A stretch of 47,083 bases of DNA from an uncultured Bacteroidaceae bacterium (GTDB lineage: Bacteria > Bacillota > Clostridia > Christensenellales > CAG-917). The DNA lies in assembly GCA_964414205.1 (NCBI GenBank), contig CAYPVP010000004.1, positions 1-47,083 on the forward strand, given 5' to 3'. Both the position numbers and the translations under genes were made by a program. The notes under the pieces were generated by a model. That model searched no databases. It worked only from the letters and a program-made list of their open reading frames with translations, and had not been told where the DNA came from. Of the stretch, positions 39,132-47,083 are shown in pieces (position 1 is the stretch's first letter; every line of letters begins with the position of its first letter).

Positions 39132-42100
39132 ATGAGGAGAAAATTTTCCATACTACTGGTTGTCGTGATGCTTATCGTCACATGCGTTTCGCTTTTTGCT
39201 TGCACAAAAACAGCGCCACCAATCACAACAACACCAGGTGGAGATGACACAAATGCTGGAGTTGGCAGTGTCGCAAGTTCTATTGCTTGGGACAAAATTG
39301 TCAGCAGTATTGTCAAACTTGATGAACAAGACAAAACGGTGCTAAACCTTGACCAACGAGTTGTTGTTGGTGGAAACATCGAAAATGGCAGTGGTGACCC
39401 TTTGTTTGGTTACAACTTGGCATTTGACATGCAAGGAAGCATTGATGCTCGTGATGCATTGAGAAACGGAGACGGAAGTTTGGTCACCCCAATCGAAAAA
39501 AGCAAGTCTGCTTTCAAGATTGAGATGAAAAAAATCAACTATGTCACCAACGAAGAAAGCACTGTTTTTGGAGCGTATTACAAAAACGGCGTTTTGCTTT
39601 TGGATGTTTCAGTTTTGTCCGGTGGAAAGACCGTTTTCAAAGTGACTGACGCCGATGTTCCTTCCGTTGTCGAGATGCTCAAAACTACATACAAAAACAT
39701 GAATTTGCAATCAAAACTCAACGATTTGTTGAACACAAACATTGATGTTTTGAACATGAAAGTGATTGACCTTGTTGTCAATTTGCTGTTCAAAGATTGC
39801 ACCATTGTTGAAGATGCAAGTGGCAAGTCGAAAATTTCTGTCAATTTGGAAGCACCTGACAAAATCATCGAAATTGGTTTGAACGCTCTTGCAGGTATGC
39901 TTGGAAATGTTGGAACTCAAATTCTTTCAATGATAGATGGCTTTGGAATCAAATTTGGTTTCAATGGCAAACTTGTTGTCACAACTGATGTAAACGGTGT
40001 TTTTGAAAACATTGACTCAAAACTCAGCATACTTTTGAAAGACCAAGCAGGAAATGTCAACAACGCTTTGAGTGTCAAATATCAAAAGCAAGACATTTTT
40101 GTTGACAATGGGGTTGATGCAGATGGCAAACCTAATGTCAAAATTCCTGATTTCCCTGAAACTTCCTATGTGGATTTTTCTTTTACGGAACTTACACTTG
40201 ATGTCAACGTCCATGTCGATGCTGACCAAGATGGAAACCTTACAATCAATGGCATTTCAAACGCATTTGGTTCTCTCCTCACCAATTTGCTTGGAAACAT
40301 TGCTTCTTCTGATTTGGGCAAAATGCCAATTTCTCTCAAAGATATTCACAAAGACATGAAATTGACAGTTCGTGCAGATGTTGACATGATCAACAACGCA
40401 AATTCTGTTGTTCTCATTCGCTTGACCACCGACAAAGGCATGGTGGCAGGTCTTTATTACTATGGTGCAGAAAACACCATGTATGTTGACTTGTCAGGTG
40501 TTTTGGGTGATTCTGGAAAATATAAAGTTGAAAACCTTGACCTTTCAAAGGTCGTTCGTGAAAAACTCAATTCTGTCATTGGCAACATTGGAAAAAATGG
40601 AAAAATTGCTTCAAATGAAAATTTGAGTTTTGATCAAAAACTTGCTACATACATTTCTGAAACAGTTGTTGCAAGAGGAAACTCAACAATTTCTGATGAA
40701 GACCGTAGAGTTGTCTTCAACCAAGTCATGGAAATGCTTGGAAAAGGCTCCGTTGAAATTGAAGGCAAAACCTATGAAATTGTCAAAGAAGCCAAAATTT
40801 CAGAAGCAGGTGTTGCAGAAGTTGACGTTTTTGGAATCATCAAAACTGTTTTGAAAGCACTTGATGTAAACATGGGTGCTGGAATCACAATTGACAGCAT
40901 TGTGCTTGATTTGAGTGATGAAGTTTTGATTTCAATTTTGGGTATGTTCACTGAAAATCCAAAATTGCCACTTCACATTGGCGAAATCAGAATTGATGCA
41001 AAAGGCTTTATGACTGGTGCAAATTTCTCAATGAGCATCACTGGAAAAGACGTTCTTCAAGGAATTGGAATCAAGATTGGCTCAACAGGAAAACCTGTTG
41101 CACCAGGTGAAACTGGCTATGCAGAATATCTTGAAGCAAGAACATTTTTGAAATATGGTGCAATCGATGAATTTGCTGAACAAGGCGTAATTTATAATTC
41201 AAAAGATTTTATCAGTGACAAAGTTTTGACTGTAAAAGAACAATATTTTACAATGTCAGAAAACGGCAAACTGAACATTGAAAAACTTTCAGTTGGTGCA
41301 ACATTGTCATTTGGCTATAACGCTTCTGATGGCGACCTTGGCTCAATCAAATATGAAGATTCTGCTGTTGGCACAATCATCAATTTGATGCTCAAATCAT
41401 TTGGAAACAACCAAGCAAACATTGAATTGAGTGTAAAAGCAAATTTGAATTTGAAATCTTTGCTTAGTTCTGAAATTCAATTGCAAATCAGAGTGGACAA
41501 TGATGATAATAAAGTAGTTACTATTATATTAAAAGAAAAGTATCTATATTTAGACTTGACATCTTTGCTTGGAGAATCTGGTCGCATCAAGATTGACATT
41601 TCTCAATTTGTAAAAGATGGAGCAACATCTGATGATGCTGTTGCAACTGCAAATGAACCTGGCGCTTCAAACAAAATTGACATGATAGGACTTGTCGGCA
41701 TTGCTTTGAAAGGTGTCAATGTTGGAGATGGCTACATTGAAGTTTTGCTTGCAACAGGTGTCATTTCAAAAGTTTTGAACGCACTTGACAACAACATTGT
41801 CAACAAAATTTCATTCAGCCAAGAATTTGATGAAGGTGTTGGTGGAATTCGATTGACAATGAATGATGGACTCAACCTTACTCAAATCAACTTGTTTATG
41901 TATGCAACAATTGGTGCAAAAGTTTCTTTCACAGCACAACTTGGCGACATTCAAGTTCAAGTTGCACCACTTGCTATCACAGTTGCTGATGATGACAAAT
42001 ACATTGACTTTATGTCAAATCCAAACCTTTTCCTCAGCCTCAATTCAACAATTGACTTGAATGCAAAAGCAGGAACAATTGACTTGTCAAAAGGTCTTGA

Positions 42101-45100
42101 CAAACTTTTGCAAACAATTGGAATTTCAGCAGGACTGAAAGATTTGATTATTAGCGAAGACATCAACACAACAATTGAATTTAATCTTCAAGCAAAACTT
42201 GACCTTGAATTTTTGATGCTTCAACTTTCAGGAAAAGTGAACACCCCTGCCTATAATTCGGCACTGGCAAACAACAATTCTGAATTGTTGCTTGAAATCA
42301 AAACAACACGAAATGGAAACAGTGAAGTTGCGCTTGGAATTTACTATCAAAACAAACGAATTTTTATTGATGGAAAAGCAATTGGTCTTCAAAAGTTCTC
42401 TGTCAACATTGACTTGGTGTCGATGATTGCAGGAATTTTGAACAAGCCAACCCAAACTCCTACTCCTTCTCCTGCCCCTGCTGAAAGCATTGACGCTGTG
42501 TCTTCTGCTCTGCTTGGTGGTGCTTCATCACAAACAACAAAAGACATTGCTCTTGACTTTGTGATTTCTTTGGCACAAGACGGAGTTAGAATTGAAATTG
42601 CAAAAGGCTTGACCGACATGCTTTTGAATTTTGTGGGTGTTGGACTTGAAGACATCAAATTTAATCTTGGAATCATCACCAAAGGTGAAAATGCAGGCAT
42701 AAATTTTGATTTTGCAATTGTAAACGAAGGTGTTGACCAAATTGGAATCAATGCCCATGCTTCAATGCCAAATTTGAAGTTCTTTGAAAAGAAAGACAGC
42801 AACAAAGAGGAGTTGAAAGTCAACTTCCCTGATTTGGTCGCTGGTTGGACAAACATTCAAATTTTGAATGACCAAAACAAAATTGTTCTTCCTCCTGTTC
42901 ACTTGGAACTTCAAGGCTATTTTGAATTTAAAGCAGGTGTCAACGATGTTGGCGACAACACTGCCACAGTTGGTGAATGGCTCAATTCTGTTGCCGTTGC
43001 TATGATTGCAAAAGATTCAACACAAGGCCTTGGCGCAACACTTGACAAACTTTTCAAAAACCCTGATGTCAAATCTTTCATTTCAAAATTGGTTGCAGAA
43101 TTCAAAATTCCTGCAAACATTGGCTCTACAATTGGTTTCAAAATTTCAGTCAATTTGAAACTTGACAGCCTTTCTGCCTATGACAGCGAAGGCAAATTCC
43201 AAATTTCAAAATTGATTGATGTAAACTACATTTTGTCTCATTCTGACATTGCATTTGAAATTTACAACGACAAAGTTGACAGCACAAGTCAAGACAAGAA
43301 AAAACTTGTCGGAATCTATTTGATTTATAGTGGTGAAAACGGCTTGGGCAACCCATACAGCAATTTGTATGTTGACCTTGACGGAATTTTGGGAACAAAA
43401 GACATCCATGTCAAACTTCAAGGTTTCAGCATTGATGCTTTGCTTGGCACAAATCAAAAGCCTGCAACCCCAACACCAACACCATCTCCTGCTTCACAAT
43501 CAGTTGTTGACGCAACAAGTTCTGCTTCAACTTCAACACCTGCTGATGAAAACAAAAACACAATGAATGCCATTGCTGCTTTGATTGGTGCTGGAATTTC
43601 ATCGTTTGTTGTTGACAAAAATGGTGTAGAAATCAACTTGGGACAAAACCTCGTTGGAGTTTTGCTTGGAACATTCCTTCAAGGTATGTATGTTGATGAT
43701 GGAAACGGTGGAAAAGTTCTTGCTCCAATGATGCAACTTGGCAGTGGAAGCAAAATTAAATATGATTGGACAAAAGGAGAAGTTTCTGCAAACATCGAAG
43801 CAAAACCACTTTCTATTGGTTTTGGAATTGGTGGATTGTTGCTTTCTCTTGACGGACAAACAAAAGTTGTTGGAAAAGACTTTGACGAAAATTCTTATAT
43901 CGGACTTGAAAGTTTGACTGAATTCTCAATTGCTCTTTCAGCAGACTTGAATTTGCAACTCAAAGGTCAAGACATCAAAGTTCAAGACTATTTGAGTGCA
44001 TTCATTGCAAACTTGGCAATTGACCTTGATGTGAAAATCACAGATGATATGATTGCTGGGCTTTCACTCAACATTGCTGGCGACATCAATCTCAACAACG
44101 CAAACGACACAAGATTGTTGTTTGAAATGAAAAATGCTTCACAAGAAGTTGTTTTTGGTTTCTATTTGAAAGGTAGCGCACTTTATATTGATATGGGCAG
44201 TTTGTCAAGCCACAATGCAGTTGTCAACGATGTCAAATTTGCTGAAATGTTGAAAACTCAATTGCAAAACATGCTCAAAAAAGTGACTGCAAGTGGTCAA
44301 GACCCAACAGGTCAAGCAGTTGTTGCAGAACAACAATCTGCAATGACAGCAGAAGATGCTTTGCAAATCATTGTTTCTCTTGCAAAAAATGAAGTAAAAC
44401 TTGAACTTACACAAGATTTGATTTTTGCATTGCTTGAAGTCATCATCAACAAAGACAAACCTGAAAGTGCAAGAGTTGACCTTTCTGGAATTCTCAACGG
44501 AGAAAACGGAAACCCAAATCTCGGACTTTCAATCAGCATCAATGTTGACACAAATGCTCCTTCAATTTCAATTGTGATTGATTCTTCAATTATCACTTTG
44601 ACAGCATCAATAAATGATCCATACATTGCAACAAAAATTTCAGACAGATACAAGGCAATTTTTGCAAACAAATTGACTGGTGCTGATTGGAATGGCTACT
44701 ACATGCAAGTTGATGGTGCATTCTACAAAATTGCTTCACAAAATAGATATTCAAAGAACGGAAATGTTTACATTCAAAATGATTTAGGTGACTATTTCAA
44801 ACCTGTTGCTAGTGTTGAAAACTATTTGCAACTCATTGATGGAACAACCATCTATTCGTTGATTGAATCTGTTGACGACCGTGTCAACGCAAAAATTGAT
44901 GAAATCAAAGCAGAAAACAATTTTTCTGACTTGAATGACTTCCCTTATGCTTCATTTGAATTGAATTTGACATTTGCCTATGATATGAAAGCAACATTTG
45001 TCAAAATGACAGCAGAAGAAGTTGCATCCTATCAAGGAGACAAATATTCACGTGACGATGCAGGCAGATTCTATCTTGACAAAAATGGTACATACAAGAA

Positions 45101-47083
45101 GTTGCCTGTTGATTTGCAAGCAGTTTTGGATGCTGTTTTGAGCATGGACTCTCTCAACACTTTGAAAGACATTGTTCTTTCAACAGCAAGTGATGGTTCT
45201 GTGTTGAAACTTGGCGACATTTTGGCTCGTCTTGCTTTGCAACTTCAATTTGATGACCCACAAGCAAGAACAATCAACTTTGCAATCAAAGGAAATGTTG
45301 ACTTCAAGTCTTTGGGCTTGATGGATGTCATTCGTGGTGAAAAATCACTTTCTACATTCAAATTTGATTTGCAAACAATCTACAAGCACATTGATGTTCA
45401 AGCAGTCATTTCAACCAATGCTGACAATGAATATCATGAAATTGCTTTTGGCTTGATTGATGAATTTGTCTACATCAATTTGGAAGGTCTTGGTGGCCCT
45501 AAATTCAAAATCAACTTTGCAGAAATTATGAAGTTGATTGCAAAACCAGCACCAACTCCAACTCCTGCTGAAATTTCTGCAACAGGTGACCCACAACCAG
45601 CAAAACCTAAATTTACAATTTCTGATGCAATTGGCATCATTGTGAAATCTGTTGTCATCAAGGCTGCTGCAAGAGTTGGCGAATTTACTCCTGCAATTGA
45701 CTCAATCAACATTGGTTTCAATTCAAACATGCTCACAGGATTGCTTGATGCAATTTTGGGAACAACAACTACTGAACTTGCAAGATTTGACATTGATGAA
45801 AACAACAGTGGTGTTTTTGCAAAATTCGGCTCAGGTTTGGGATTGACAGCAAAAATTGCGTTTATGAATGGCACATCAATCGGCCTTGAAATGGCTGGCG
45901 AAAACGCATTTGTTGTTGATGTTGCAAGAAACACAATCATTTTTGATGAAAATCAAAAGAATGAATTTGTTGACCTTTCAAACTTCAAAATTCAAAACTA
46001 TAATTTCAGTGTTCAAGGCGAATTGTATTTGAACTCTGATGGTGAAAAGTCTTATGACATTTCTGGCTTGTTTGGTGGCTTGCTTGGTGATATGCTCGTC
46101 CAATTTGGAACAAATGAAATGTTTAAAGACAGCCTTATTTTCAGACTTTCAGCAGACTTCAACATGGCTGATTTGTATTTGGAATATTTCACTTCAAAAG
46201 CAGAATTTGCTTTGATTGCAGAAGGTGAATATGTTCCAACTGATGAACGCTATGTAAAAGTTGGTGACAAGTTTGAACTCAACCCAAATGGCGACTACAA
46301 ATGCACCAAGAAAAAAGCAACACTAAAAGACTTCATTGAAAAATCTGATTTCAGTTCGTTGGAACTTGCATTGGAAATGCTTGCAAGAGATGAAAACAAC
46401 AACATCAAAGAAACAGCACTTGGTGGTTTCTATTTGCATGCAAACACTTTGTATTTTGATGGCGACAATGTTTTTGCTTCATATGATGGAGAAAAAGCAG
46501 GCGTCTCAATGATTCCTAATGTTTCTGAAACTTTGATCAAAATTGCTGGAACAATGGATTCAATTTCAGATTCAATTGCAAATGCAGGAAAGAAATCAGA
46601 AAAGAATGCTGGGGCTTCTGCAACACAAGAAAATCCAGTTTCTGAAAAACAACAAAGAGATGCAGTCATTCAATTGTTGATGAATGACCCTTCAATTCAA
46701 CTTGTTTTGACAAAGTCTTTCATTTCAATTTTGCTTGGAATGATTGTGCCTGACCTTGGACAAATTGGAACAATCTTTGACAACCTCAACATTTCATTGT
46801 CGGTTGACAAAGGTGAATACATTTACAACCCAATTACCAGCGATGCTCTTTGCGCTCCTGAAAATCGTTTTGACAAACTTGAAGATGGAACTTTTGCTCA
46901 AAAGAATGATGGCGAATGGAAAATTTTGACAGATTCAAAATATGTCAAATTGGATTTCAGCGAAGTCTATTTGGGAACAAAATATACCTATACCAATGGC
47001 GTTTATGTTGTTGATGTGAATGGTGAATTCAAGAAAAATGATAATGGTACATATTCTAAAATTCATGTGGGTGTTGATGGATT
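39132..47083 (+). CDS. Giant modular lipoprotein, at least 2650 aa, truncated by the window end
   Basis: AGGAG RBS; MRRKFSILLVVVMLIVTCVSLFAC signal with lipobox; segments translated by hand are open up to the last base (...NGTYSKIHVGVDG); no ORF-track entry closes in this frame. Confidence 0.93.
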   Translation, partial: MRRKFSILLVVVMLIVTCVSLFACTKTAPPITTTPGGDDTNAGVGSVASSIAWDKIVSSIVKLDEQDKTVLNLDQRVVVGGNIENGSGDPLFGYNLAFDMQGSIDARDALRNGDGSLVTPIEKSKSAFKIEMKKINYVTNEESTVFGAYYKNGVLLLDVSVLSGGKTVFKVTDADVPSVVEMLKTTYKNMNLQSKLNDLLNTNIDVLNMKVIDLVVNLLFKDCTIVEDASGKSKISVNLEAPDKIIEIGLNALAGMLGNVGTQILSMIDGFGIKFGFNGKLVVTTDVNGVFENIDSKLSILLKDQAGNVNNALSVKYQKQDIFVDNGVDADGKPNVKIPDFPETSYVDFSFTELTLDVNVHVDADQDGNLTINGISNAFGSLLTNLLGNIASSDLGKMPISLKDIHKDMKLTVRADVDMINNANSVVLIRLTTDKGMVAGLYYYGAENTMYVDLSGVLGDSGKYKVENLDLSKVVREKLNSVIGNIGKNGKIASNENLSFDQKLATYISETVVARGNSTISDEDRRVVFNQVMEMLGKGSVEIEGKTYEIVKEAKISEAGVAEVDVFGIIKTVLKALDVNMGAGITIDSIVLDLSDEVLISILGMFTENPKLPLHIGEIRIDAKGFMTGANFSMSITGKDVLQGIGIKIGSTGKPVAPGETGYAEYLEARTFLKYGAIDEFAEQGVIYNSKDFISDKVLTVKEQYFTMSENGKLNIEKLSVGATLSFGYNASDGDLGSIKYEDSAVGTIINLMLKSFGNNQANIELSVKANLNLKSLLSSEIQLQIRVDNDDNKVVTIILKEKYLYLDLTSLLGESGRIKIDISQFVKDGATSDDAVATANEPGASNKIDMIGLVGIALKGVNVGDGYIEVLLATGVISKVLNALDNNIVNKISFSQEFDEGVGGIRLTMNDGLNLTQINLFMYATIGAKVSFTAQLGDIQVQVAPLAITVADDDKYIDFMSNPNLFLSLNSTIDLNAKAGTIDLSKGLDKLLQTIGISAGLKDLIISEDINTTIEFNLQAKLDLEFLMLQLSGKVNTPAYNSALANNNSELLLEIKTTRNGNSEVALGIYYQNKRIFIDGKAIGLQKFSVNIDLVSMIAGILNKPTQTPTPSPAPAESIDAVSSALLGGASSQTTKDIALDFVISLAQDGVRIEIAKGLTDMLLNFVGVGLEDIKFNLGIITKGENAGINFDFAIVNEGVDQIGINAHASMPNLKFFEKKDSNKEELKVNFPDLVAGWTNIQILNDQNKIVLPPVHLELQGYFEFKAGVNDVGDNTATVGEWLNSVAVAMIAKDSTQGLGATLDKLFKNPDVKSFISKLVAEFKIPANIGSTIGFKISVNLKLDSLSAYDSEGKFQISKLIDVNYILSHSDIAFEIYNDKVDSTSQDKKKLVGIYLIYSGENGLGNPYSNLYVDLDGILGTKDIHVKLQGFSIDALLGTNQKPATPTPTPSPASQSVVDATSSASTSTPADENKNTMNAIAALIGAGISSFVVDKNGVEINLGQNLVGVLLGTFLQGMYVDDGNGGKVLAPMMQLGSGSKIKYDWTKGEVSANIEAKPLSIGFGIGGLLLSLDGQTKVVGKDFDENSYIGLESLTEFSIALSADLNLQLKGQDIKVQDYLSAFIANLAIDLDVKITDDMIAGLSLNIAGDINLNNANDTRLLFEMKNASQEVVFGFYLKGSALYIDMGSLSSHNAVVNDVKFAEMLKTQLQNMLKKVTASGQDPTGQAVVAEQQSAMTAEDALQIIVSLAKNEVKLELTQDLIFALLEVIINKDKPESARVDLSGILNGENGNPNLGLSISINVDTNAPSISIVIDSSIITLTASINDPYIATKISDRYKAIFANKLTGADWNGYYMQVDGAFYKIASQNRYSKNGNVYIQNDLGDYFKPVASVENYLQLIDGTTIYSLIESVDDRVNAKIDEIKAENNFSDLNDFPYASFELNLTFAYDMKATFVKMTAEEVASYQGDKYSRDDAGRFYLDKNGTYKKLPVDLQAVLDAVLSMDSLNTLKDIVLSTASDGSVLKLGDILARLALQLQFDDPQARTINFAIKGNVDFKSLGLMDVIRGEKSLSTFKFDLQTIYKHIDVQAVISTNADNEYHEIAFGLIDEFVYINLEGLGGPKFKINFAEIMKLIAKPAPTPTPAEISATGDPQPAKPKFTISDAIGIIVKSVVIKAAARVGEFTPAIDSINIGFNSNMLTGLLDAILGTTTTELARFDIDENNSGVFAKFGSGLGLTAKIAFMNGTSIGLEMAGENAFVVDVARNTIIFDENQKNEFVDLSNFKIQNYNFSVQGELYLNSDGEKSYDISGLFGGLLGDMLVQFGTNEMFKDSLIFRLSADFNMADLYLEYFTSKAEFALIAEGEYVPTDERYVKVGDKFELNPNGDYKCTKKKATLKDFIEKSDFSSLELALEMLARDENNNIKETALGGFYLHANTLYFDGDNVFASYDGEKAGVSMIPNVSETLIKIAGTMDSISDSIANAGKKSEKNAGASATQENPVSEKQQRDAVIQLLMNDPSIQLVLTKSFISILLGMIVPDLGQIGTIFDNLNISLSVDKGEYIYNPITSDALCAPENRFDKLEDGTFAQKNDGEWKILTDSKYVKLDFSEVYLGTKYTYTNGVYVVDVNGEFKKNDNGTYSKIHVGVDG

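Noticed and set aside
41505-41555. Diversity-generating retroelement variable region
   Set aside because: No reverse transcriptase or template repeat is seen in the window, and the patch is A/T-enriched rather than A-depleted.
39110-46929. Many short ORFs listed in the track
   Set aside because: They are antisense or off-frame shadows of the giant plus-strand gene; TpA avoidance makes stop codons rare in other frames.

Overview
AT-rich chromosomal segment of an endospore-forming Clostridia-class bacterium (inferred from spoIIR, sleB-ypeB, yabPQ, glnS and a glmU-pth-mfd block; probably an uncultured gut lineage). Most of the window is core housekeeping and sporulation genes. I found no rRNA, tRNA, CRISPR array, integrase or transposase. 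The main accessory signal is a giant lipoprotein gene missing from the ORF track: 39132 to beyond the window end, open for at least 2650 codons. It is built from eight divergent modules of about 270-430 aa with Pro/Thr linkers and short aromatic hairpin repeats. A 1053-aa lipoprotein at 6451 shares its module signature, and an oversized, degenerate PrsA-like lipoprotein lies after mfd. Other points of interest: a G6 tract in the giant gene's promoter spacer, a codon-anomalous patch inside that gene, mirror-image leaderless forespore promoters between spoIIR and sleB, a GlmU lacking its uridyltransferase motif, and several intergenic repeat arrays. All family assignments come from motif recognition by eye, not database searches.
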